DNA of 64,000 nt from assembly GCA_963707525.1 (NCBI GenBank), contig CAVPQJ010000002.1:372138-436137 (forward strand). The letters are read 5' to 3'. Both the position numbers and the translations under genes were made by a program. The notes under the pieces were generated by a model that was given only the letters and a program-made list of their open reading frames with translations, made no database searches and had not been told where the DNA came from. Numbering within the stretch: the stretch's first letter is position 1; each line of letters begins with the position of its first letter. This document shows positions 40,017 through 48,936 of this stretch, piece by piece. The DNA is from an uncultured Actinomycetes bacterium. Its GTDB lineage: Bacteria; Actinomycetota; Thermoleophilia; Gaiellales; Gaiellaceae.

Positions 40017-41322
40017 CTAGAGATGGACGTCTTGGAGAGAATCTGCAGCGCGGCGATAGAGATCGGCGGCGGCGTCGAGGTCGCCGGTCTCGCGCGCGAG
40101 GTCGCCGCGCGCGACCCAGGCCAAAGCGAGGTGGCTCGTCGAGCCGATCGCAGTCGAACGTGCTGCTCGGCCGCGTCGATCCACTCGACTGCGAGGGCGT
40201 GGTCGCCCTCGGCCGCGAGTGAGCGTGCGACGACGAGCTGGGCGTTGCCGAGCTCGTCGCGAAAGTCGATCCGGCCGGTGAGCAGCTCGACGGCGCGCTC
40301 GGCGCGTACGCGGGCTTCGACGGGGCGTCCCGTCTTCAGGAGGACGTGCGCGAGCGTGTTGACAGCCTGCGCGAGATCCGGGTCGCTGCCGGCCTTCGCC
40401 GCCGTCTCCGCGGCGTCGATCAGGTTCTCTTCGGCCGCCGCGACGTCGCCGAGCAGGAAGTCGATGCCGCCGAGGTTGTTGAGGATCTTCGCGGTGGCGA
40501 GCGTGTCGTCGTGCTTGCGGTAGAGCTCGAGCGCTCGCTCGCCGTAGAAACGAGCGACGAGCCAATCCTTGCGGCGCTCGGCGATGCAGGACGCCTGGAA
40601 GAGCGCGTGTGCCTGCGCCGGCTCGTCGCCTGCGCGGGTCGCAAGCTTGAGCGACCATTCGGCGTCGCGTCGCCGCTGCATCCCAGTCGCGGCGGAGCTG
40701 ATGGCAGCGCGAGCGCCACTCGTAGATGTTGGCGGCGAGCAGAGTGCGCGGGCGCGGTGCGTGCTCGTTCAGGTCGAGCGCGCGAGTGAAGAGCGAGGTC
40801 GCGTCCGCGACCTGTGCGCTCTTGAGCGCGACACAGCCGCGCCGGTAGAGAACCTCGGCGCGGTCGCCGGCGTCGAACCTCGGTGACTTGACGATCGCTC
40901 TCGGCGTGCTCGAGCAGCTCGGCCGCGTGCTCGAGCTCACCGCGGTACATCTCGCTCCAGGACAGCGCCAGGCGGTGTCGCAGGGCGAGCGCGGCATCCG
41001 AACGCACCCCGCTCCAGAGGTCCTCGAGCGCTTCGACTGCTTCGTCGTGACGGTTCGTCGCGACGAGTTGCTCGGCGGCTGCGAGCGCATCCGCAAGGTC
41101 GTCGCGGACGAGCGCAAGCGTCGTCACGGGGGGAAGTTCGAAGAAGGAAGCCGCAGCAGCCATCCGTCTCAGCATCGCGAGGACGAGCGCCGCTGTCGAT
41201 TGACGCAACCGGTCGACCGCTCTACGGCGTTTTGTGGCTGCAGCGTCTCTTCGGGTCAGTCCGATCGCTCGCTGCAGCGACACCAGGTCTCCCCGGCAGT
41301 GCGTGACGTCCGCGTGCCGCAT
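40017..41322 (-). pseudogene. TPR-repeat protein (about 435 aa, possible N-terminal HTH), frame breaks near 40895, 40685 and 40160
   Basis: Helical repeat pairs run throughout (HDEAVEALEDLW, RAEVLYRRGCVALKSAQVADATSLFTRALDL, AHALFQASCIAERRKDWLVARFYGERALELY, LATAKILNNLGGIDFLLGDVAAAEENL, LAQAVNTLAHVLLKTGRPVEA, LALAWVARGDLARETGDLDAAADLYRRA). Pieces lie in ORFs 40420..42009, 40017..41117 and 40007..40681. The start is uncertain. Confidence 0.7.
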
Positions 41323-41344
41323 ATGAACGACAGGTCTAGAGGAC

Positions 41345-41910
41345 ATGCTGAAGCGTCTCGTCCTCCCGCTCGTTCTCGCTTTCGCGCTCGCGCCGGCCGC
41401 GCACGCCGGCCGGCGGCAGGTACGTCTTCGACGGCGGAACACGCGCGCAGCGCGGCCAGGTGACGTCGGCGCTCGCGCGCCAGCAGCTTCGACTGGAACC
41501 TCGTGCCCGGCCGGATCGTGATCCACATCGGCAAGGGGATCTCCTCCCACGCCGTGGCCGGTCAGATCTGGCTCGACGGAGGCTCTCCTCGACACCGGTC
41601 GCTTCTCCTGGGGGGTCGTCCAGCACGAGTACGCCCACCAGGTCGACTTCGGGCTCCTGAGCGATCCGATGCGCGCGCAGCTCCAGCCGCTCCTCCAGGA
41701 CAGCTGCGTGGTGGGGCTCGATCGACCAGCACGCGCAGCTCGGCTGCGAGCGCTTCGCCGATCTGCTCGCGTGGGCCTACTGGCAGTCGCCCAGACAACG
41801 TCATGAAGCCCTCGAGCGCAACCGACGAAGGCGGGCAGGTATCGCCGGCTGCCTTTCGCGCGGCGCTCACGGCACTGATTCAGAGCAAGACCCCTCCCCG
41901 AAAAGGGTGA
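41345..41910 (+). pseudogene. Small secreted protein with HExxH motif (putative metallopeptidase-like), about 5 frame breaks
   Basis: Signal peptide MLKRLVLPLVLAFALAPAAHA. Reconstructed pieces: RYVFDGGTRAQRGQVTSALAR / SSFDWNLVPGRIVIHIGKG / LLDTGRFSWGVVQHEYAHQVDFGLL / AWWGSIDQHAQLGCERFADLLAWAYWQSP / DNVMKPSS... The reconstruction is by eye. Confidence 0.45.
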
Positions 41911-41968
41911 TACGGGATACGTCGGGATGTCGATCCGGCTGCGCCGGATGAGGGACGACAACTGAGGT

Positions 41969-42616
41969 ATGGCTTCTGTTCGCTCTCTCCATGTCCGGTC
42001 GGAGACCACCTGCGTGATCGCGGACGATCACCCGCCGATCATCGACTGCCTCTCGCGATACCTGACGGGCGCCGGCTTCACGGTGGTCGCTACGGCACAG
42101 GATGGGCAAGCAGCGCTCAACGAGATCCTTGCTCACCGTCCGACGGTCTGCATCGCCGATGTTCGCATGCCACACATCGATGGGCTCGAGCTCGCCCGGC
42201 GAGCCTTGATCGAAGCTCCCGAGACCGCGGTGCTCCTCTATTCGGGCGTTTCGGATCGCGGCCTCGTCTCTGATGCGCTCGACGCCGGCGCCCGTGGCTT
42301 CGCGCTCAAAGATGCTCCGCTCGACGATCTTGGCCGCGCGCTCGACTCGGTCGCGTCCGGCGGTCTCTATGTCGACCCGGTCCTCGCCGCGTCGCTTGCC
42401 ACCCGCCGTGGTGACGACCGCAAGCCGCTCTCGGAGCGCGAGCGAGAGGTGCTGCGTCTGCTTGCCGAAGGCGGTTCCTATGCGGAGATCGGCGAATCTC
42501 TCTTCCTGTCGCCCGACACGGTGCGCGCACATGCGCAGCGGGCGATGCTGAAGCTCGGCGCTCGCACGCGCACGCAGGCCGTCGCGGTCGCGCTGCGCGA
42601 AGCCGTTATCGGCTGA
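41969..42616 (+). CDS. NarL/FixJ-family response regulator (paralogue of 38468..39088)
   Basis: CVIADDHPPIIDCLSRYL, VCIADVRMPHIDG, LLYSGV, ALKDAP. HTH: LSEREREVLRLLAEGGSYAEIGESLFLSPDTVRAHAQRAMLKLG. Confidence 0.9.
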   Translation: MASVRSLHVRSETTCVIADDHPPIIDCLSRYLTGAGFTVVATAQDGQAALNEILAHRPTVCIADVRMPHIDGLELARRALIEAPETAVLLYSGVSDRGLVSDALDAGARGFALKDAPLDDLGRALDSVASGGLYVDPVLAASLATRRGDDRKPLSEREREVLRLLAEGGSYAEIGESLFLSPDTVRAHAQRAMLKLGARTRTQAVAVALREAVIG

Positions 42617-42728
42617 TCGATCTCGCGGCTCATCAGCCCCACCAGTCTCGGAGGGACCGACGCGGCGAAGGTCCCTCCGGGAACTCTTCGAGAAACCGAT
42701 CGGCCCTCGCCCGCGTAGGACTGGTCAA

Positions 42729-43224
42729 ATGCGCCTGCTCGCCCTATTCGCACTCGTCGCCGCCCTCGTTGCGGTGCCCGCGTTCGCAGCTCCCCCACGC
42801 GCGAAGGTGCTCGTTCGGTCGACGACGGTCGGTGGACGTGCTCGTGGACGCGCGTGGGCGCAGCCTCTATCTCCGCACGATCGATGGATCGCGCAAGAGC
42901 AGGTGTTATGGCTCGTGCGCTGCTGCGTGGCCGCCGTTCGTCACGTCCGGTACGCCTCGCGCGGGAGCGGGGGTGAAGCAGGCGCTCCTCGGTACGGCGA
43001 AACGCAAGGACGGGACGCTGCAGGTCACGTACGCGGGCCACCCGCTCTACTTCTTCGGCCAGGACACGAAGGCGGGCCAGATCTCGGGCCAGGGCACCGC
43101 CGGCACGTGGTGGGTGCTCGGACCATCGGGGAAGAAGATCACGAAGACGTCGACGCCGCCCGGCACGACGACCGCACCGCCGCCCGGCGGCGGGTACGGC
43201 GGCGGCGGCTACGGGCCTCCTTAG
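42729..43224 (+). pseudogene. Secreted COG4315-type protein (Y-x-F-x-x-D repeat lipoprotein family) with Gly/Pro tail, one frame break near 42830
   Basis: Signal MRLLALFALVAALVAVPAFA. Then VDVLVDARGRSLYL...CYGSCAAAWPPF...GTLQVTYAGHPLYFFGQD...GTWWVL in ORF 42769..43224. Confidence 0.7.
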
Positions 43225-43228
43225 AACT

Positions 43229-44595
43229 CTAGGCCGCGGAGTAGCCCTCGCGGCGCAGCAGCGTCCGCGCGAGCTCGGCGTTGTCGCCGCCGGAGATCAG
43301 GATGACGAGCACGGCGCCGTACTCCGGCGAGACGTGGCGCAGCTCGAAGTCCTCGATGTTGATGCCCGCGGCGCCGAGCGTCTGCGTGATGCGGGCGAGC
43401 ACGCCGGGCTGGTCGGGGATCCGCACGCGGATGCGGTTCAGCATGCGCGCCTCCGTGCGGTAGGCGTACTCGAGCATGCGGCTGCGCGTTTGCGCGGCCT
43501 CGGCGATCCACCGCTCGAAGAACGCGCGGTCGCGCTCGCGTAACGCGCGCTCGACCTCGCCGAGCGCTTCGCCGTGGGCGGCGAGCGCGTCGGCGATCAG
43601 ATCTCCGTTCTCGACGAAGATGTCCGCCCAGACCGCGGGGTTCGCACCGGCGACGCGCGTCATCTCGCGCAGCGACGCACCGGCGTACCCGAGCGCTTCG
43701 TCGCCGGCCTGCGCGACGCTCTGCATGAGCAGGTTCGCGAGAGCATGGGGGAGGTGGCTCGTGAGCGCGAGTAGCCGGTCGTGTGTTTCGGCGTCGAGCT
43801 TGATCGTGCGGGCACCGAGCGATGCGACGAACCGCTCGACGAGCTCGATGCGACCGGCATCTGTCGACGCGACCGGTGTGAGGAACCACGTCGCGCCGTC
43901 GAAGAGGTCGGCCGCCGCTCGAGCGGGGCCGCCGGTCGCGCCGCCGGCGAGCGGATGCCCCGGAACGAGGCGCGCGTCGTCGATCTCCTGCGCGAGCGCG
44001 CGCTTCGTCGAACCGACGTCGGTCACCGTTGTGTCGGCGACGCCGAGGCGAGCACATCGCGGGTCGTCGCCACCAGCACACCGACAGGGACGGCGACGAC
44101 GACGAGCTCCACGCCGGCCACGGCTTCGGCCAAAGACCCTGCCGAGGCGTCGAGGGCCTTCGCGCCGACGGCTTCTTGCAGGGTTTCCGAATCGGCGTCC
44201 CAGCCGGTCACCCGGGCGACTCCGGCCCGCTTGGCGGCGAGGGCGACAGAGGCTCCGAGGAGGCCCGTTCCGACGATCGCGAGCGAGCCCACGGCGGGCT
44301 TTCGTGCCCGCACCGGGGCCTCCGGGGCGGGGGCGTCCCCCCGGACCTCTTGCTTCATGACGTCGAGCACAGCGGCGAAAACTCCCTGCACAGAGCGCTC
44401 TGAGAGGGGTCCGGCGTTGGCGTCGGCGAGCTCCCGGAGCAGCTCGGCCTCCCGCTCGGCGTCGATCAGCGGCGTCCCCGTATCCTGCTTGTGCCGAGTG
44501 ACACGACGGACGAGCTCGAGGCGCCGGTTCAGGGTCTCGAGCACGGTCCGATCGAGCGCTCCGATCTCCTCCCGCAGGCGATTCAGGTCGTCCAT
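43229..44595 (-). pseudogene. tyrA: Bifunctional chorismate mutase / prephenate dehydrogenase with C-terminal ACT domain, one frame break near 44030
   Basis: CM type II: LNRLREEIGALDRTVLETLNRRLELVRRV. PDH: LAIVGTGLLGASVALAA, VPGHPLAG. ACT: IRVRIPDQPGVLARITQTLGAAGINIEDF. Confidence 0.85.
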
Positions 44596-44685
44596 TCGGG
44601 GCAGTTTTGCACGGTTCCCCGCCCCCTCCGTCCTACGCCTACGCTTGAATCCACCGCTGACACGTAAACCCAGGAGGTTTTTCGA

Positions 44686-45006
44686 ATGCCAATGACGCAG
44701 ACGCAGCTCGCCGACGCGGTCGCCGAGAAGGCTGGTCTCTCGCGCGCAGACGCGAAGAAGGCACTCGCCGCTCTCGAGGAAGTCATCCTCGACGAGATCG
44801 GAAACGCCGAAAAGGTGAAGATCGGCGGCGTCGTGCAACTCGACGTGCGCGTGCGTCCGGCGACCCAGGAGCGCCCGGGCCGGAACCCGGCGACCGGCGA
44901 GGAGATCACGATCTCCGCGAAGCCGGCATCCGTCGCAGTGAAGGCACGGCCGCTTGCGAAGGCGAAGGCCGCCGCTCCGCCGCTCTCGCGCGTCCAGGGC
45001 CGGTAG
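44686..45006 (+). CDS. hup: HU family DNA-binding protein with a short Ala/Lys/Pro tail
   Basis: MTQTQLADAVAEKAGLSRADAKKALAALEEVI...RPGRNPATGEEITISA. AGGAGG lies upstream. Confidence 0.9.
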   Translation: MPMTQTQLADAVAEKAGLSRADAKKALAALEEVILDEIGNAEKVKIGGVVQLDVRVRPATQERPGRNPATGEEITISAKPASVAVKARPLAKAKAAAPPLSRVQGR

Positions 45007-45032
45007 CAAGTTCAGCGAGGCCGCGTCCGGCG

Positions 45033-46365
45033 ATGCCGGGCGCGGCCTGCTTTCCTGTTGGCGTGCGTTTGCTCGCCGTCGTCGTTCTGTTCGCCGCGGT
45101 TGCGGGGAATGCAGCTGCGGCTGTCGGCAACGTGCAAGTTGCTGCGTCGTCGTCGTCCGCGACAGTGACCTGGCAGACAACCGCACCAACGCGCGGTCGC
45201 GTCGCGTACGGCATCGGCGGCTTCTATCTGTACAGCGCGCGGAGAGCACAGCTGCGATCGCGCACTCGGTCACGCTCGACGACCTCAACCCGTCGACGAC
45301 GTACTCGTTCCGCGTCGGCTCGGTCACGGGGGAGGTAACGACGACAGCACGTGCGGCGCCGGTTCAGTTCGGCACCGACGGCCCGCGCATCACTGCCGAC
45401 GGCGCGCTGTTCTTCCCGGTGCTTTCGTACGAGCAGTGCGCAGACACCTTGGGGCGTGCGCTGGCGCTTGGCGTGAATATGTTCGTTCAAGTGCCGTTCA
45501 CCGGTTGCTCGCAACCTGTCGCGGTCTCACCGCCCTATGTGTTGAGCGATCAGTACGGCGCGGAGAACGGATCGGGCTGGTACCTGCCCGACGAGCCCGA
45601 CGGCTGGGGCATCACCCCGGAGCAGATGCCGCACCTGCCGCCTGCCGCGCAGACCGGGCGCCTCAGGGTTCTGAACATCTCGCAGCATTTCTTCAGCAAG
45701 CAGGCGCCGATCAACGACCACTTCGACCGCAACGACTACAAGCGCTTCGCGGCGCTCGCCGACGTCATCGGCTTCGACATGTATCCGATCGTGAAGTTCT
45801 GTGGACGTGTGCCGCTCACCGACATGTTCCGCGCGCAGCGCGAGTTGATGACGATCTACGCGCCCGGGAAGCCGACGTTCCAATGGATCGAGACGAGCCA
45901 GATGACCGGCGAGTGCCCGTCGATGCAGATCACGCCGCAGATCGTCAATGCGGAGACGTGGCTCGCGATCGCCGGCGGTGCCTGCGGGATCGGGTATTTC
46001 ACGAACAGCTGGACCGGCGACCTCTGGAACCGCTGGGACTTCGATCCAGGGGTCGAGCAACAGATCGCAACGACCGTTGCCGAAGTGCAGCGCCTGGCGC
46101 CGGCACTCTGCGCCGATTACGGGAGCGTCGTCGTCCCGTGGGACGGCACAGTCGCGCGAGCAGCCGGACGCTGAACGGTGCGCTCTATGTGATCGCCGTG
46201 AACGGGAGCGACAGGCCGACGCGAGTTCCGTTCCGCGTCGACTCGCTTGCAGGTCGCACGCTGACGGTGATCGACGAAGGTCGTTCGATCACGCCCGTGA
46301 AGAAGGTCTTCTTCCGCGACTCGTTTGGGCCGTACCAGGTGCACGTCTACGTCGCCCAACCCTGA
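45033..46365 (+). pseudogene. Secreted protein: Fn3/purple-acid-phosphatase-N-like domain plus a putative glycoside-hydrolase-like barrel. Frame breaks near 45235 and 46170.
   Basis: Signal VRLLAVVVLFAAVAGNAAAA. SATVTWQTTAPTRGRVAYG...HSVTLDDLNPSTTYSFRVGS. The catalytic-domain call is weak (no motif recognised). Confidence 0.5.
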
Positions 46366-46399
46366 CCTTCCCGTCGCCTGGGCGGGATAGCCTTCCGGC

Positions 46400-47299
46400 A
46401 TCGCGACCGTCAATCTCAGCAGCGCCGACCGCATCCTCTTCCCCGACGACGGGATCACGAAGGGCGATCTCTTCGCGTACTACGACGCCGTGGCGCCCGC
46501 GATCCTCCCGCACCTGCACGACCGTCCGTTCACGATGAAGCGCTACCGCGAGGGGATCGCCGGCAACAGTTTCTTCCAGAAGCAGGCGCCGAAAGGGATG
46601 CCGTCGTGGGTCCCGACCCGCCGGTTCACGACCCACCCGCGCGACGGGGGCGCGCGTGAGGTCGACTTCCCTCTCGTCAACTCGAAGGAAGCTCTGCTCT
46701 GGATGGTGCAGATGCACTGCATCGACATGAACGCGTGGTACTCGCGCGTGGACAACCCTGGGAGGCCGGACTACGTCGTCTTCGATCTCGACCCGCCCGA
46801 CGAGGCCGACGGCTTCGAATTGGCGATCGAAGTGGCGCACCTGGTTGGCCGGCTTCTGGAAGAGCTCGAGCTTCCTGGATACGTCAAGACGAGTGGCGCC
46901 GACGGCATCCACGTGCTGGCGCCGATTCAGCGGCGCGCGTCCTACGAGCAGACGTACGCGTTTGCAGAAGCGGCGTCCCGCTTGCTGGAGGCGCGTCATC
47001 CGGGTCTTGTCACCACGGAGTGGTTGAAGACGAAGCGGAGTGGTGTCCTCGTCGATCATCGGCAGAACGGCTGGGGGAAGACGATCGCGTCCGTCTACTC
47101 GGTACGGCCGAAGCCTGGAGCGCCTGTCTCGACTCCGTTGCACTGGGATGAGCTGACCAAGGAGCGACGACCGCGCGACTTCACGATGAGCGTCGTCCTC
47201 GAGCGCGTGCGTCGGCTCGGGGATCTTTACGAGCCGGTGCTCTCGCGGGGAGGCTCGCTTGCAAAGGCATCGAAGCTCCTTGCAAGCCTGGCGGCGTAG
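46400..47299 (+). CDS. LigD polymerase (primase-polymerase) domain protein, NHEJ. The N-terminus is unresolved.
   Basis: VNLSSADRILFPDDGITKGDLFAYYDAVAPAILPHLHDRPFTMKRYREG, VVFDLDPP, VKTSGADGIHVLAPI, VLVDHRQNGWGKT. The frame is open from 46391, but there is no ATG/GTG/TTG before GTG 46490. Confidence 0.8.
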   Translation: MATVNLSSADRILFPDDGITKGDLFAYYDAVAPAILPHLHDRPFTMKRYREGIAGNSFFQKQAPKGMPSWVPTRRFTTHPRDGGAREVDFPLVNSKEALLWMVQMHCIDMNAWYSRVDNPGRPDYVVFDLDPPDEADGFELAIEVAHLVGRLLEELELPGYVKTSGADGIHVLAPIQRRASYEQTYAFAEAASRLLEARHPGLVTTEWLKTKRSGVLVDHRQNGWGKTIASVYSVRPKPGAPVSTPLHWDELTKERRPRDFTMSVVLERVRRLGDLYEPVLSRGGSLAKASKLLASLAA

Positions 47300-47329
47300 G
47301 GCCGTCAGGCCGACCCGTCGGCGCCGCTC

Positions 47330-48037
47330 CTAACCGCCGTGCTTGTTCGAGTTGCCGTGGTTGCCGTTGCCGTTCGAATCGTCATTTCCGCCGCCGCCGT
47401 CCTTCGACTGCCCCGGCGGGCCTGTGTGCTCGTGGTTGTCGTCGCCGTAGCCGTGTCCGGGGCGTGAGTCCACCGGCGGGGGCGTGACGGGGGGCGGGGG
47501 TGGTGGCGTCACAGGCGGCGTGACCGGAGGCGTGACCGGAGGCGTCGTGGTCGTCGTGGTCGGCGGACCGGAGGCCGCGGGCTCTCGCGTTGAGGGAGCG
47601 GCTGACACGGTCGGGCCAGGTGTCGCGACCGGAGTCGTCACTGGCGCGACCACCGGCGTTGGCGTCTTCGGGCTTGGCGGCCTTGTCGGCGGTCTTGGAT
47701 GCTTGCGCGGCGCCACCGGCTTCGGCGCGTGCGGTTTCGTACGGGTTACAGGCTTTGAGACACGGGTATGCGGAACGACGGCCGCGGGCCTCGAGTCGAG
47801 CGACGGAAGGACGACCTGCACGCTGCCGCTCCTCCGGTGTCCCGTCGAGATCGAATGCGCATTCGCCGTCGAGGCCCCGGTGGCCGTGACTCGCGGCCCG
47901 CGTGCGTGTTCGAGTGGAGCGACCGGGAGCGGCTGCACTCCCGCTTCGCGCGGCAGCACCCGTTCCCGAAAGAGCAGTGCAGTCACCGCCGCCCCGACCA
48001 GGAGCACAGATATAGCCACCATACGCACCATCCCCAT
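47330..48037 (-). CDS. Membrane-anchored Pro/Thr-rich low-complexity protein
   Basis: TM segment MVAISVLLVGAAVTALLF, then TPPVTPPVTPPVTPPPPPPVTPP and a Gly/Asn/His-rich tail. The coding DNA holds 12-nt tandem repeats at about 47484-47540. Confidence 0.6.
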   Translation of the reverse strand: MGMVRMVAISVLLVGAAVTALLFRERVLPREAGVQPLPVAPLEHARGPRVTATGASTANAHSISTGHRRSGSVQVVLPSLDSRPAAVVPHTRVSKPVTRTKPHAPKPVAPRKHPRPPTRPPSPKTPTPVVAPVTTPVATPGPTVSAAPSTREPAASGPPTTTTTTPPVTPPVTPPVTPPPPPPVTPPPVDSRPGHGYGDDNHEHTGPPGQSKDGGGGNDDSNGNGNHGNSNKHGG

Positions 48038-48181
48038 CTGAGTATCGCCGTCCTGCGGGACGGCGCCACTATGCGGCTGGGGAGGCTGTGAGCGTCACCC
48101 GATCGAGGGATTCTGCAACAGCCGACCGCGACCTATACTCGTGGACGCGCGTACCAGCGCCTTACTGCGGAGGGGTCGAAC

Positions 48182-48550
48182 ATGCTGTCAAGGGGTTCTT
48201 CGAGGTTTCTCGTTCTTGTCGCTGCGTTTGGACTGCTGGCGTTTGCCGCGGGATCCGCTCATGCATCGCTCGCAGCGCCTGCCGGTGCAGTGCCGAAGTG
48301 TCAGCACCCTGCCCTTCACGACGCCCACAAACGCTGGGAGGTTGTGTTCGGGCTCGAGCCGACACTCGCGAAGGCTCAGAAATTGAAAGCGCTCGCGATC
48401 TCACGAGGGTTCACCAAGGCCGACGTCGAGATGGAGTGCATGGGCTACTCGGTGGCGAACGCGGGCTTCAAGTCGCGCGCAACAGCACTCGTGGTATTGC
48501 AGCGGGCGAAGACCGCTGGCTTCACCAAGGCCTACACCGAAGACAGCTAG
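48182..48550 (+). CDS. Small secreted protein (SPOR-like alpha/beta repeat candidate)
   Basis: Signal FLVLVAAFGLLAFAAGSAHA. Two similar halves end in RGFTKADVE and AGFTKAYTE. Confidence 0.5.
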   Translation: MLSRGSSRFLVLVAAFGLLAFAAGSAHASLAAPAGAVPKCQHPALHDAHKRWEVVFGLEPTLAKAQKLKALAISRGFTKADVEMECMGYSVANAGFKSRATALVVLQRAKTAGFTKAYTEDS

Positions 48551-48936
48551 ACCGAGAACACGGCGCCGAGTTCGAGCTGACGTCGGCGGCCTCGCGTGGG
48601 CCGTCGACGTAGCGCTGTCGTTATCTCTGCACCGTGACGCGAGCACGAACGCGACACGCAGCTGCGCAATTCTCGTGAAGAGAGCGCGCCTAGCGTCTCC
48701 TCGAGATGAATTTCGCATCGCTTGCGAAGCGAAGTCGCCGCCCGATCTGCGGCACTTGTCGCCGAGTCGCGCTTCCAATTTGGGGAGCGAAACGCCCCGA
48801 GAGGGGCATAGCCGGCCCCGTTTCCCATGCCGTTCTCTACGCAAATGCAGTCTCCGCGTGGCACGGCGGGAGGACGAGGACACATGTGGCTCGGTTCTTG
48901 CCGAGCGTCCGCCGCAGATGTCCTCAACGTTCGGAG

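Noticed and set aside
41344-41347. Divergent genes whose ATG codons overlap on a CATG palindrome. The same pattern occurs at 63327-63330.
   Set aside because: Overlapping divergent starts would leave no promoter space. It is more likely that one gene of each pair starts further in (ATG 41322 for the TPR gene, an internal GTG for the MFS gene). This looks like a coincidence of start-codon choice, not a feature.
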